Positions 28,252 to 38,598 of a DNA stretch of 64,000 nt are shown piece by piece. Origin of the DNA: an uncultured Gemmatimonadales bacterium (GTDB lineage: Bacteria; Gemmatimonadota; Gemmatimonadetes; Longimicrobiales; RSA9); assembly GCA_963708135.1 (NCBI GenBank), contig OY970192.1, forward strand, positions 4,000,001-4,064,000, read 5' to 3'. The translations under genes and the position numbers were made by a program. The notes under the pieces are model-generated. The model was given only the letters and a program-made list of their open reading frames with translations. It ran no database searches and was not told the DNA's origin. How positions within the stretch are numbered: position 1 is the stretch's first letter; the number at the start of each line of letters is the position of its first letter.

Positions 28252-29127
28252 CTAGCGCTCGATGGGCATGCGGACGGCATTGCCCCACTCGGTCCATGAG
28301 CCGTCGTAATTGCGGGCCCGCGGGAATCCGAGCAGGTAGGTCAGCACGAACCAGGTGTGGGAGGAGCGCTCGCCGATCCGGCAGTAGGCCACCACGGGAC
28401 TCGCGGGATCGAGGCCCTGCTCCTCGAGGTAGATCTCTCGAAGGGCGTCGGCGGGCTTGAAGGTGTGGGTTTCGGCATCCACGGCGCGCCCCCACGGCAC
28501 ATTCCGGGCGCCCGGAATGTGGCCACCGCGGAGCGCGCCCTCGTTCGGGTAGTCCGGCATGTGGAGGCGCACGCCGCTGTACTCCTCCGGGCTCCGCACG
28601 TCGACCAGCTGACCGCCGGAGCCCGCGTGCTCGAGCACCTCGTCCCGGAAGGCGCGGATCGCGCCGTCCGCGCGCTCCCCGAGGGTGATGTCGCCGGCGC
28701 GATAGTGGGGAGTCTCGGTGGACATCGGGCGGTCCTCCTCCTCCCAGCGCGCCCTCCCTCCGTCCATGATCCGCAGCCGCTCGAGGCCGAACAGCCGGAA
28801 CACCCAGAAGGCATAGGTCGCCCACCAGTTGTTCTTGTCGCCGTAGAGGACGATGGTGGTGTCCCGGTTCACGCCGAGACGGCGAAGCAGCGACTGCATG
28901 GCCCCCTGCCCGATGTAGTCGCGGGTGAGCGGATCGTTCAGATCCGCGACCCAGTCCACCTTCACGGCGCCGGGGATGTGACCGATCTCGTAGAGGAGGA
29001 CGTCCTCGTCCGACTCGATGATGCGCACGGCCGCCTCCTCGAGGCGGTCCGCGACCCACTGCGTGGAGACGAGCACCTCGGGATGAGCGTAGCCGCGTTC
29101 CTCGATCGGGGCGGGCTTCCTGGCCAT
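28252..29127 (-). CDS. Tandem-rhodanese sulfurtransferase (SseA/CysA type)
   Basis: GHIPGA twice, active loop [18 protein letters not shown]. Confidence 0.92.
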   Translation of the reverse strand: MARKPAPIEERGYAHPEVLVSTQWVADRLEEAAVRIIESDEDVLLYEIGHIPGAVKVDWVADLNDPLTRDYIGQGAMQSLLRRLGVNRDTTIVLYGDKNNWWATYAFWVFRLFGLERLRIMDGGRARWEEEDRPMSTETPHYRAGDITLGERADGAIRAFRDEVLEHAGSGGQLVDVRSPEEYSGVRLHMPDYPNEGALRGGHIPGARNVPWGRAVDAETHTFKPADALREIYLEEQGLDPASPVVAYCRIGERSSHTWFVLTYLLGFPRARNYDGSWTEWGNAVRMPIER

Positions 29128-29141
29128 CGGCGCCTCCGGCG

Positions 29142-29972
29142 TCAGAAGATGAAGACGGGGGTCCCCACCGGCACCATCTGGTAAAGCTGCTCGATGTCGT
29201 CGTTGTGCAGGCGCACGCAGCCGTGGGAGACCGCGTGGCCGATCGACCCGACGTCGAAGTCGTTCGTGCCGTGGAGCAGGTAGCCATCCCCCATGTTGAG
29301 CGCGTACGGTCCGAGCGCGCGCGGCACCTTGCGCTGCGGGCTGGCGGCGGGCGGCATGAACAGCTTTCCCGCGAACTCGATGAAATGCTGTCCATCGGGC
29401 GCGTAGAAGTACCCGTTCCTGTTGATCCAGCCGACCTGCCCGTCCCGTTCCACTACGTACTTGATGTACGCATCGCCGACGGGATAGCGCTCGCCCGGCT
29501 TTACGCGCACCAGCTCGAGGTTGTTGTCCGCCGCCTGCTCGTAGTACTGCCAGTCCGGGACCGTCCACACCGGGTCCACTTTCTTGCTGAGCACGCGCCG
29601 GCGGCCGCGCGGTGTCTCGAAGTACCACTTCCGGCCCGCGTAGCTGAAGGACTGCCCCATACCCACGGCGACCGGGACGCTCATGAGCGTGTCGCCCCCC
29701 TGTACCAGCCACAGCCAGCGGTCCTCCGTGGACACGAGGATCTTGAGCCCGTGGCCCCGACGGGCGAGCCGGTACACCCGCATCCCGCCCGTGTCATGGG
29801 GCACCTTCGGCGCCGCCAGGACGACGGGCGCGGGATCCGGCACCTGCGGCCGTTGCGGGGCGGGCGCGAGCGGCGCGGGCGCGCCGCTTCCGAGAAAGCA
29901 GGCGGACAACGCCACGACGACGGCGGTACTGAAGGTTCCCCAGCGAAGCGGTGCGGCGATCGACCTCAACAT
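29142..29972 (-). CDS. L,D-transpeptidase (YkuD domain) lipoprotein
   Basis: LSAC lipobox, YLLHGTN...SHGCVRL. Confidence 0.88.
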   Translation of the reverse strand: MLRSIAAPLRWGTFSTAVVVALSACFLGSGAPAPLAPAPQRPQVPDPAPVVLAAPKVPHDTGGMRVYRLARRGHGLKILVSTEDRWLWLVQGGDTLMSVPVAVGMGQSFSYAGRKWYFETPRGRRRVLSKKVDPVWTVPDWQYYEQAADNNLELVRVKPGERYPVGDAYIKYVVERDGQVGWINRNGYFYAPDGQHFIEFAGKLFMPPAASPQRKVPRALGPYALNMGDGYLLHGTNDFDVGSIGHAVSHGCVRLHNDDIEQLYQMVPVGTPVFIF

Positions 29973-30053
29973 GATACCTCCGTGCATTCAACGCCTTGCA
30001 CGGCTAATGGTTGCAGGGAGCGGGCCAGCGTGGGGCTGGCGATCCGCCTTGGC

Positions 30054-31271
30054 TCAGGACCGGGAGACGGTGCGGGTGCCCAGGATACGCTCGATCGTCT
30101 GCCCGATCTTGTTGTTCGGGGTGGATGCCCCGGCCGTGATGCCGATTCGCAGCGGCCCCGCCGGCAGCCAGTCGGAGGCGAGCACCTCGGGCGCATCCGC
30201 GGCGAGCTCGGGCTTGTGCCGGATCGTGCCGGCGCCCGAATCGATGCACGTCGCGTCCGCGATGTGGTACGTGCTCGTGTACTCGCGGCAGAGGTGCGCC
30301 AGATGGTTCGTGTTCGAGGAGTTGTAGCCGCCGATCACGATCATCAGGTCGGGCGGCTCCCGCATGAGCTCGAGCACCGCGTCCTGCCGCTCCTGCGTGG
30401 CCGAGCAGATGGTGTCGAAGGAGCGGAAGTGCGAGTCGATCGCGTCCGCGCCGTAGCGCCGGGCCAGGCTGCGGCCGACCTCGTCCGCGATGGCGAGCGA
30501 CTCGGAGGCGAGCATCGTCGTCTGGTTGGCCACCCCCACCCGCACCAGGTCCGGCTCGGGGTCGAATCCGGGGGACGCCTTGTCCAGGAAGTGGGCGCGA
30601 AAATCCCCCCGGGAGAGGGCACCGGGCAGACGCTCGATATAGTCGCAGACCAGGCGCGCCTCGTCCATGTTTCGTACCACGATGTACTTCCCGCCCTCGT
30701 CCGTGTGCACCTGCGAGGCCGTGGCACGGGTCTCCTCGTGAAACGACTTGCCGTGTATCAGCGCGGTAAAGCCGTCCCGGGCGTAGGACTCCACGCGCTT
30801 CCAGACGTTCAGCACCGAGCCGCAGGTGGTGTCCACGAGCACGGAGCCGGCCGCCTTGAGCCGCTCGAAATCCTGCAGGGTGACCCCGAACGCCGGCAGG
30901 ATCACGACATCCTCCGGGCCGAGCCCCGTGAAATCGAACGTCCCCCTGGCGTCCGGATAGAGGAACGAGATGCCGCGGTCGCGCAGCCGCTGGTTCACGT
31001 GTGGGTTGTGGATGATCTCGCCCACCAGATGGATGCGTCGGTCGGGAAACTTGTGACGCGCCTGGTAGGCGTAGTCCACGGCCCGGTCCACGCCGTAGCA
31101 GAAGCCGAACGCGGCCGCCAGGCGGAACGTCAGGTCCCCGAACGTGGCCGTGTGGCCGCTCGCCCGGATCTCGTCCAGCAGCGCGCTGTGGTTGTACTCC
31201 GTGTCGAGCACGGGGCCGACGTCCTTCTTCAGTCCGAACCCGCGTCGGAAGTAGGTCTGCTCCATGGACAT
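30054..31271 (-). CDS. ispH: 4-hydroxy-3-methylbut-2-enyl diphosphate reductase
   Basis: FGFCYGVDRA, IIHNP, DTTC, QTTM, DTICSATQERQ, NSSNT, TAGASTP. Confidence 0.95.
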   Translation of the reverse strand: MSMEQTYFRRGFGLKKDVGPVLDTEYNHSALLDEIRASGHTATFGDLTFRLAAAFGFCYGVDRAVDYAYQARHKFPDRRIHLVGEIIHNPHVNQRLRDRGISFLYPDARGTFDFTGLGPEDVVILPAFGVTLQDFERLKAAGSVLVDTTCGSVLNVWKRVESYARDGFTALIHGKSFHEETRATASQVHTDEGGKYIVVRNMDEARLVCDYIERLPGALSRGDFRAHFLDKASPGFDPEPDLVRVGVANQTTMLASESLAIADEVGRSLARRYGADAIDSHFRSFDTICSATQERQDAVLELMREPPDLMIVIGGYNSSNTNHLAHLCREYTSTYHIADATCIDSGAGTIRHKPELAADAPEVLASDWLPAGPLRIGITAGASTPNNKIGQTIERILGTRTVSRS

Positions 31272-31505
31272 ATGATAACGCCGGCGGCGGGGCCGGAGCA
31301 ACGCATCCGAGGCCTCGAGCGGGTGCGGCCGCGGCCTTGGCGGCACCCGGAGCGGCGCCCGGAACAGCGCCCGGCGCGGCAGGTGGTGCGCTGCCCGAGC
31401 GTCGCCGTGCGGCAGCGACGCTCGCGACGGGTCCCGCTGGCAATCCGCGCATCCTCTTCCTATGTTAATGGGCTTGAATTCTTTCCGACTACGCCGGGGG
31501 AAGTC

Positions 31506-32579
31506 GTGGAACCATCATCCATAGCGTTCCTGAAGCGGCTGCTGGACACGCCGGGGCCGAGCGGCTTCGAGGCCGCGGCCGCGCGCGTATGGCGGGAGGA
31601 AGCCTCCACGTTCACCGAGGACGTGGACACGGATGTGACGGGCAACTCGGCGGCCCGGGTGAGGCGGGGCGGCGCGCCGCGCGTGATGCTGGCCGGGCAC
31701 ATCGACGAGATCGGCCTGATGATCACGCACGTGGACGACGAGGGCTTCCTGTACTTCGAGGGGATCGGCGGCTGGGATCCCCAGGTGCTGGTCGGCCAGC
31801 GGGTCCGGCTGCTGTCGCGCGGCGGCGATGTGCTCGGGGTGGTGGGCAAGAAGCCGATCCACCTGATCAAGGGAGACGAGCGGGAGAAGGCCTCGAAGAT
31901 CACGGACCTGTGGATCGATATCGGGGCGAAGGACCGCGAGGCGGTGCGGGCGCGCGGCGTCCGGATCGGCGATCCGGCGGTGCTGCACACCTCTCTCGTC
32001 GAGCTCGGCGACGGGCTGATCGCGAGCCGGTCCATCGACAACCGGATCGGCGCTTTCGTGGTGCTGGAGGCGCTGCGCCTGCTGGCCTCGGGTCCGGAGC
32101 CCGCGGCCGAGGTCGTTGCCGTGGCGACGACACAGGAGGAGATCGGCCACTCGGGCGGGGGGGCGCGCACCAGCGCCTACCGGCTCGAGCCGCAGGTTGC
32201 GCTGGTGGTGGACGTCACGTTCGCGTCGGACGCGCCGGGGATCGAGAAGAAGGAGGTTGGCGAGCACAAGCTGGGGAGCGGACCGGTTCTGACCCGCGGC
32301 TCGGCGGCGCACCCGCTGGTGTTCGAAACGCTGGTGGAGGTGGCGGAACGGGAGAAGATTCCCTACACCATCGCGGCCTCGCCGCGCTACACGTCGACGG
32401 ACGCGGACAACATCTATCTGACGCGCGCGGGCGTGGCGACGGGCGTGATCTCGGTGCCCAACCGCTACATGCACTCGCCGAACGAGATCGTGAGCCTGGC
32501 GGACCTGGAGCACACGGCCGCGCTGATCGCGGCCTTCGCGCAGGGGCTCTCGGCGGACACGGACCTGGTGCCGCGCTGA
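31506..32579 (+). CDS. M42 family metallopeptidase
   Basis: PGPSGFE, AGHIDEIG, GGWDP, DNRIG, QEEIG, RYMHSP; GTG at 31506. Confidence 0.92.
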   Translation: MEPSSIAFLKRLLDTPGPSGFEAAAARVWREEASTFTEDVDTDVTGNSAARVRRGGAPRVMLAGHIDEIGLMITHVDDEGFLYFEGIGGWDPQVLVGQRVRLLSRGGDVLGVVGKKPIHLIKGDEREKASKITDLWIDIGAKDREAVRARGVRIGDPAVLHTSLVELGDGLIASRSIDNRIGAFVVLEALRLLASGPEPAAEVVAVATTQEEIGHSGGGARTSAYRLEPQVALVVDVTFASDAPGIEKKEVGEHKLGSGPVLTRGSAAHPLVFETLVEVAEREKIPYTIAASPRYTSTDADNIYLTRAGVATGVISVPNRYMHSPNEIVSLADLEHTAALIAAFAQGLSADTDLVPR

Positions 32580-32601
32580 CGGCGCCCACCGGCGGAGCGC
32601 C

Positions 32602-33231
32602 ATGAAGGTCATCGACATCAGCCAGCCGCTCGGGCGCGCGACGGCGCCGTGGCCGGGAGACGCGCCGTTCCGCCAGGCGTGGACGATGCTGCGCGAGCGC
32701 GGGGACAGCGTGAACGTGGCGGAGGTGAGCCTCAGCGTTCATCTGGGCACGCACGCGGACGGCCCCGCGCACGTGGCGGATGGTGCTCCCGCGATCGGCG
32801 CCCTCGACCTGGATGCCTATCTGGGGCGCGCGGTCGTGGTGGATGCCCGCGGCCACGGTCCGCTGCTGGGTCCCGATCTGCTGGACGGGCTGGATCTGGC
32901 GCGCTCTCCGCGTGTGCTCCTGCGCACGCGCGATGCGGTGGACCCGGAGTCCTTCCCGCCGGAGTTCCCGGCGCTGTCGTCCGCGCTGGCCCTTCGTCTG
33001 GCGGAGGAGGGCGTGCTGCTCGTGGGAACGGATGCACCGTCGGTGGATCCGGCGGAGTCCAGGGAGCTCGAGGCGCACCGGATCCTCGGCGAGGGCGGCG
33101 TCGCCATCCTGGAGAACCTGGTGCTCACGGGAGTGGAGGCGGGCACCTACACGCTGCTCGCGCTCCCGCTCAAGCTGCTGGACGCGGACAGCTCGCCGGT
33201 GCGGGCGGTGCTCCTGGAGGGGCGGCTATGA
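32602..33231 (+). CDS. Cyclase family / kynurenine formamidase (KynB-like)
   Basis: HLGTHADGPAH, GTDAPSVD, ILENL, DSSPVRA. Confidence 0.85.
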   Translation: MKVIDISQPLGRATAPWPGDAPFRQAWTMLRERGDSVNVAEVSLSVHLGTHADGPAHVADGAPAIGALDLDAYLGRAVVVDARGHGPLLGPDLLDGLDLARSPRVLLRTRDAVDPESFPPEFPALSSALALRLAEEGVLLVGTDAPSVDPAESRELEAHRILGEGGVAILENLVLTGVEAGTYTLLALPLKLLDADSSPVRAVLLEGRL

Positions 33232-33701
33232 CGGTTCCGATCCAGATCTCGTGGGACCTTTACCAGGGGAGGATCTCCGTCTGGTGCGAGTGCCTGGCCG
33301 CGGGCGTCCGGCGCGCCGTGCTGCTCCCCCGGCTGGACACCATTTTCTCCCCCACGGCGGAGGATCCGGCCCGGGAACTCCGCTACGAGTCGCTGGACTG
33401 GCGGCTGGTCTCGCCCACCGAGGGGGACTGGGAGCGCTACCAGGCGATGGCCGCGAAGCAGGCCGAGCGGCTGGCGATCAGCGTGCGAGCACAGCGGGTC
33501 GAGAACATCGCCCGCTGGATGGGCGGCCGGCAGGTGGCGGTCCCCCAGTATCACCTCTGGCTCTTCCGCGACGCCGCGGTCGGGCGGACGATCGAGCAGC
33601 TCTACGACGAGCCGGACGCGCTCGAGCGCCGGCGGCTCTGGAGATGGCTGCTGGCGTGGACAGCGCCGGTGGCGAGCGAGAAACCCTACGACGCGAGGTA
33701 A
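33228..33701 (+). CDS. Hypothetical protein
   Basis: ATGA overlap with the upstream stop; fills the operon gap; Trp-rich natural-looking translation. Confidence 0.65.
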   Translation: MTVPIQISWDLYQGRISVWCECLAAGVRRAVLLPRLDTIFSPTAEDPARELRYESLDWRLVSPTEGDWERYQAMAAKQAERLAISVRAQRVENIARWMGGRQVAVPQYHLWLFRDAAVGRTIEQLYDEPDALERRRLWRWLLAWTAPVASEKPYDAR

Positions 33702-33709
33702 GACGGGCA

Positions 33710-34180
33710 ATGGTGGATGCGGGCAAGGTGGTGAAGCGGATCCAGGAGATGCGCGATGACGGCTACCTCTCCGATGCGATCCTGCGCGAGACCGTGAAGC
33801 AGCTCCGGGCCGGCGACCCCAAGAACAACTGGGTCGGCGTGTACCTGTTCAACCCGGACGAGCAGATCCTCTGGCTCCACAACTACGTGGGCGCCCCGAC
33901 CGAACACGCGCGCATCCCGGTCGGCGAAGGCGTCTGCGGGACGGCCGTCGCCGAGAAGGAGAACCAGAACGTGCCCGACGTCACCAAGGCCGAGAACTAC
34001 CTCGCCTGCAGCCCGAAGGTGAAGTCGGAGCTCGTGACGCTCATCCGGGCCGGTGACGATATCTTCGGCCAGATCGACATCGACAGCCATACCGCCGGCG
34101 CCTTCACCGGCGAGGACGAGGAGGTCGTCGCTCTCGTGGCCGAGAAGCTCGCCGAGGTCTTCATGGCGGAGCGCCGCTGA
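33710..34180 (+). CDS. GAF domain protein, free Met-R-sulfoxide reductase-like
   Basis: NWVGVY, GEGVCGTA, YLACS, SELV, QIDIDS. Confidence 0.8.
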   Translation: MVDAGKVVKRIQEMRDDGYLSDAILRETVKQLRAGDPKNNWVGVYLFNPDEQILWLHNYVGAPTEHARIPVGEGVCGTAVAEKENQNVPDVTKAENYLACSPKVKSELVTLIRAGDDIFGQIDIDSHTAGAFTGEDEEVVALVAEKLAEVFMAERR

Positions 34181-34187
34181 CGGCGCC

Positions 34188-34994
34188 ATGACCGATCGGC
34201 CGCGCGCGGGCCCCCTCCGCGTCTTCCGCGCGCCGAACCCGTCGCCGCTGACGCTGGACGGCACGCGCACCTATCTGGTGGGGGCTCGCCGGGTCGCCGT
34301 CATCGACCCGGGCCCCGATCTGCCCGCCCACCTGGACGCCCTCGCCGGGGCCATCGGCGCGGGCGCCGAGGTCACGGTCGTCCTCACCCACTCACATCCC
34401 GACCACGCCGCCGGCGCCGCCCGCCTGGGCGAGCGCCTGGCGGCCCCGGTCCGGAGCGCCGCCACCGGAACGCTGGCCGAAGGCGACGCCGTGGCCACGG
34501 ATGCCGGCCCCCTCCTCGCGCTCGCCACGCCGGGCCACGCGCCCGACCACATCGCGTTCCACTGGCCCGCGGCCCGGGCGGCGTTCGTCGGCGATCTCAT
34601 GCTGGGCGGCCAGGACACGGCCCTGGTCGCACCGCCGGAGGGCCACCTCGGCCACTACCTCGCCTCGCTCCAGCGGATCCGCTCCCTCGGAACGACCGTC
34701 CTGTACCCGGCCCACGGGGAACCCTTCGACGAGCCGGCGGACGCACTCTCCCGCTACGTCTCCCACCGGGCCGAGCGCACCCGCGCGGTGCTGGCGGCGC
34801 TGGACAACGGTCCCCGGATGCTGTATACGATCCTGGATGCGGTGTACGGCGCCGCACTGGCCGAGCCGCTGCGCGACGCCGCGGCCGGGGCGACGCTGGC
34901 ATACCTCGACCAGCTCCGCCTGGCGGGGCAGGTGCGCCGGCTGCCGGGTGGCTGGTGGGAGAAGGTGGAGGGGGCGGGTAAGCGGGGGCGGTAG
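34188..34994 (+). CDS. MBL-fold metallo-hydrolase
   Basis: APNPSPLTLDGT, THSHPDH, PGHAPDH, PAHG. Confidence 0.88.
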   Translation: MTDRPRAGPLRVFRAPNPSPLTLDGTRTYLVGARRVAVIDPGPDLPAHLDALAGAIGAGAEVTVVLTHSHPDHAAGAARLGERLAAPVRSAATGTLAEGDAVATDAGPLLALATPGHAPDHIAFHWPAARAAFVGDLMLGGQDTALVAPPEGHLGHYLASLQRIRSLGTTVLYPAHGEPFDEPADALSRYVSHRAERTRAVLAALDNGPRMLYTILDAVYGAALAEPLRDAAAGATLAYLDQLRLAGQVRRLPGGWWEKVEGAGKRGR

Positions 34995-35059
34995 ACATGA
35001 GCGGCCGGCCGGCGGCGCGCAGACGGCCGCCGGCGCGCGGACGGCGACAGGAGCGAGGC

Positions 35060-36202
35060 GTGACGACTGAGGGGAATGCATTGGAGACGGGGGACGCGGA
35101 CGCGCGGGTGCTCGAGCGGGTGCGTCGGTACGTGGAGCGTGAGAGTCCGAGCGGCGACGTGGAGCGGGCGGTCGCTCTGGCGGAGCTGATCGGGGCCGAG
35201 CTGGCGGATGCGGGGGCGCGCGTGGAGCTGGAGGAGGCGCCGGGCTGGGGGCGACACGTGCGGGCGGAGCTGGCGGGGGCGGAGCAGGAGCTGGAGCCAG
35301 TGCTGGTGCTGGGTCATCTCGACACGGTCTTTCCGGTCGGGACCCTGGCCGGGCGGCCGTTCCGTGTGGTGGAAGGGCGGGTGGAGGGGCCGGGCGTGTT
35401 CGACATGAAGTCGGGAGTCGCGGCGGTGGTGGAAGCGCTCGCGCGGTTGAAGGAGGCGGGGTCGCGGCCGCGGCGCCCGGTTCGGGTGCTCGTGACATGC
35501 GACGAGGAGGTGGGCTCGCCGACATCGCGTCCGCTGATCGAGGCGCTCGCCCGGGGTTCGGCTGCGGTGCTGGTGCCGGAGCCCTCGCTGCCCGGTGGTG
35601 CCGCCAAGACCTCACGCAAGGGGGTAGCGGTCTACGCGCTGCGGGTTTACGGTCGGGCGTCGCACGCGGGGGTGGACCCTGAGCGCGGGGTGAGCGCGAT
35701 CGCGGAGCTGGCGGAGCAGATCCGGGCCGCGCTTCGGCTCGCGGATCCCGCGGTGGGCACGACGGTGAACGTGGGCACGGTCAGGGGCGGCACGGCGTCG
35801 AACGTGGTCGCGGCGGAGGCGCATGCGGAGGTGGACGTGCGCTTCGGGACGCTGGCGGAGGGAGAGCGGGTGGACGCGGCGCTCCGCGGGCTGCGCGAGC
35901 GACTCCCGGGCGCACGGCTGGAGCTCGAGGGCGGGATCAATCGTCCGCCGCTGGAGCGGACACCGGGGGTGGTGGCGCTCTACGAGACGGCACGTCGGCT
36001 GGCGTCGGGGCTCGGCTTCGAGCTCGGGGAGGGCTCGACCGGAGGCGGCAGCGACGGCTGCTTCACGGCTGCGCTGGGGGTGCCGACGCTGGACGGGCTG
36101 GGCGTGCAGGGCAACGGGGCGCACGCGGTGGACGAGCACATCGTGCTGGCGGACCTTTTGCGGCGGGTGGATCTCCTCCGTGGCCTGCTGGTGACGCTGT
36201 GA
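35060..36202 (+). CDS. M20 family peptidase (glutamate carboxypeptidase-like)
   Basis: GHLDTVF, DMKSG, DEEVGS, GGSDG, AHAVDE; start GTG 35060 or ATG 34997. Confidence 0.9.
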   Translation: MTTEGNALETGDADARVLERVRRYVERESPSGDVERAVALAELIGAELADAGARVELEEAPGWGRHVRAELAGAEQELEPVLVLGHLDTVFPVGTLAGRPFRVVEGRVEGPGVFDMKSGVAAVVEALARLKEAGSRPRRPVRVLVTCDEEVGSPTSRPLIEALARGSAAVLVPEPSLPGGAAKTSRKGVAVYALRVYGRASHAGVDPERGVSAIAELAEQIRAALRLADPAVGTTVNVGTVRGGTASNVVAAEAHAEVDVRFGTLAEGERVDAALRGLRERLPGARLELEGGINRPPLERTPGVVALYETARRLASGLGFELGEGSTGGGSDGCFTAALGVPTLDGLGVQGNGAHAVDEHIVLADLLRRVDLLRGLLVTL

Positions 36203-37023
36203 CGGACGGGATCACGATCAGGCCGCTGGCGGGCGCGCGGGAGTACGAGGCGTGCGTGGCGCTGCAGCGGAGTACGTGGGGCTCCGACTTCACCGAGGTG
36301 GTTCCGCCGGCGCTTCTGCGCATCGCGCAGCACACGGGCGGCGTCGCATCCGGGGCATTCGACGCGGAGGGATCGCTGGTCGGATTCGTATTCGGCATCT
36401 GCGGCTCGGAAGACGGGCGCCTGGTGCACTGGTCGGACATGCTGGCGGTTCGCCCGGAGCTGCGCGACCGGCACCTCGGCGAGCGGTTGAAGCGACATCA
36501 GCGCGACAGCGTGCTGGCTCGCGGGATCACGCGCATGTACTGGTCGTTCGAGCCGCTCGAGTCGAAGAACGCATATTTCAACTTCGCGCGCCTGGGGGCG
36601 GTGAGCCGGGAGTATCAGCGTGACCTTTACGGCGAGACGGACTCCGAGCTGCACCGAGGCATTGGCACGGATCGGCTGATCGCCCTGTGGGCTCTGGACA
36701 CGGAGCGGGTGGAGCTCCGCCTCTCGGGGAAGGAGCGTCCCCCCGCGCCGGCAGACGTCCGCGCCGTGCCGGTGGTGAATCCGGTGACCGAGGGCACATG
36801 GCCGCGCTGCGGGCCGCCCGACCTGGACGTGGATGCGGCGCGCGTGCGGGTCGCGATTCCGCGCGACATCCAGTCGCTCAAGTCGGCCGCGCCGGGGCTG
36901 GCCGCCGAGTGGCGCGCCCACACGCGGTCCGCCCTCATGACCTACATCGAGCGCGGCTACACGGCGGTCGAGCTCCTCGGCTCGGGCAGCTGGAGCTCCT
37001 ACCTGCTCGACGCCGGATCCTAG
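36199..37023 (+). CDS. Predicted GNAT acyltransferase (amino-acid N-succinyltransferase-like)
   Basis: HWSDMLAV, LKRHQR, WSFEPLESKNAYFNFARLG, TDRL. Confidence 0.75.
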   Translation: MTDGITIRPLAGAREYEACVALQRSTWGSDFTEVVPPALLRIAQHTGGVASGAFDAEGSLVGFVFGICGSEDGRLVHWSDMLAVRPELRDRHLGERLKRHQRDSVLARGITRMYWSFEPLESKNAYFNFARLGAVSREYQRDLYGETDSELHRGIGTDRLIALWALDTERVELRLSGKERPPAPADVRAVPVVNPVTEGTWPRCGPPDLDVDAARVRVAIPRDIQSLKSAAPGLAAEWRAHTRSALMTYIERGYTAVELLGSGSWSSYLLDAGS

Positions 37024-37107
37024 CTCGAGCGGGCGCCGTCTATTGCCCTGCCCGCCTCGCGCGTCCTACAATGGTCTTGCTCTCGAACGAAGGACGACGC
37101 GACAGTC

Positions 37108-38547
37108 ATGATGGCGCCGCCATCGCTCTCCCTCTATCCCGGCCCCGCCGAGCGCTACACGGTGCTGCTCGACCTCGCGCGCTCCATGGCGGCCAGCCGG
37201 GAGCCCGACGAGGTCTACGAGGCGATCCACACCCAGGTGCATCGCGTTCTTCCCGCCTCTTCCTTCACTCTCGCACTCGGCCGTGGCCCGCGCCCGCGGC
37301 CGGCGTTCCACGTCGGCCCCGGCGACGGTGCGCTGCTCCTGTCCGGTGAGGAGCAGGAGCACCTGGGCGCGGGAGACTTCGTCCTGCGCGCCCGCCTCGG
37401 CGAGCCGGGCCTGCAGCTGCTCGTGCCGCTGCTCTCGGAGGGCGGTACCCTCGGCTACGTGGTGGCCGCGCGGGGCGAAGGCCGTCCCTTCGACGCGGCG
37501 GACGCCCATTTCCTCCTCGCCGTCGGGCGGCTGGCCGGCATCGCGCTGGAGAACGTCAACCTGTTCGGGGAAGCCAGGCGCCGGAGAGAGGAGGCGGAGC
37601 TGCTCGCCAACGTCTCGCGGGAGCTGGGGGCCTCGCTCGAGATCGAGCAGGTGGTGGCGCGCGTAGCCGACCGGGCCCGTCAGCTGACGAAGGGGCCCGC
37701 CACAGTCTGGAGCGTGGAAGGGCGTCGGATCCGGGCGGTGGCGGTGGCGGGTCGGGCGCGGCCGCTCCAGGGCGAGGAGCGGCGGCTGCCTGCGCAGGCG
37801 CTCGCCCCGGTGACGCGCGGGGAGTACCGTGCGTGGGCGGCGGCCACGGTACGGGCGCTGCGCGCGGCGCTCGGCCTCACGGGGGCGGGGGAGACGCCGA
37901 TCCCTCTGGTATCCAGCGATCGGCTGGTGGGGGTGCTCGTAGTCGGGCAGGGCGAGGAGCCCCTGGCGCCGGAGATCCGGGCGCTGGCCGCGCGCATGGC
38001 GGCGCACGCGGCGTCGGCACTGGAGAACGCCCGCCTCCACGCCGAGGTCCGGCAGCTCTCGCTGACGGACCCGCTCTGCGGCCTTCCCAACCGGCGGCAG
38101 CTCGACCTGGTCCTGGAACGGGAGTTCTTCGCCGCCCAGCGCGGGCGCGCGTTGTGCCTGGTCCTCTACGACCTCGATCGCTTCAAGGAGTACAACGACT
38201 CGCGCGGCCACCAGGCAGGGGACGCCGCGCTCATCCGTTTTGCCAGCGTGCTGCGCACGTTCACGCGCGCCATGAACCTGCCCGCCCGCTATGGCGGCGA
38301 GGAGTTCGCGGCCGTGCTCTCGGACACGACGCTCGAGGGCGGGCGGATCTTTGCCGAGAAGGTACGGCGCCGCCTCTCGATCGATACGCGGGGCGCGCTC
38401 TCGGTGAGCGCCGGCGTGGCGGCGTACGCCGAGTGGATGCGGCACCCGGCGGAGCTGCTTGCCGCGGCCGACCGCGCGCTCTACCGCGCGAAGGAATCCG
38501 GGCGCGACCGCGTGCAGCTCGCGGATCCCCGCCCCGCCCGCCGCTGA
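37108..38547 (+). CDS. GAF-GAF-GGDEF diguanylate cyclase
   Basis: DPLCGLPNRR, DLDRFKEYND, RYGGEEF, ADRALYRAK. Confidence 0.9.
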   Translation: MMAPPSLSLYPGPAERYTVLLDLARSMAASREPDEVYEAIHTQVHRVLPASSFTLALGRGPRPRPAFHVGPGDGALLLSGEEQEHLGAGDFVLRARLGEPGLQLLVPLLSEGGTLGYVVAARGEGRPFDAADAHFLLAVGRLAGIALENVNLFGEARRRREEAELLANVSRELGASLEIEQVVARVADRARQLTKGPATVWSVEGRRIRAVAVAGRARPLQGEERRLPAQALAPVTRGEYRAWAAATVRALRAALGLTGAGETPIPLVSSDRLVGVLVVGQGEEPLAPEIRALAARMAAHAASALENARLHAEVRQLSLTDPLCGLPNRRQLDLVLEREFFAAQRGRALCLVLYDLDRFKEYNDSRGHQAGDAALIRFASVLRTFTRAMNLPARYGGEEFAAVLSDTTLEGGRIFAEKVRRRLSIDTRGALSVSAGVAAYAEWMRHPAELLAAADRALYRAKESGRDRVQLADPRPARR

Positions 38548-38598
38548 CCGCCCTCCGAGCCGCTTCCCCAGCCGCGCTCGCCGGCCTGCTTCTTCGCT

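Noticed and set aside
29205..31505. Long N-terminal extension of the M42 peptidase ORF
   Set aside because: Antisense to ispH and the L,D-transpeptidase; the peptidase plausibly starts at 31506
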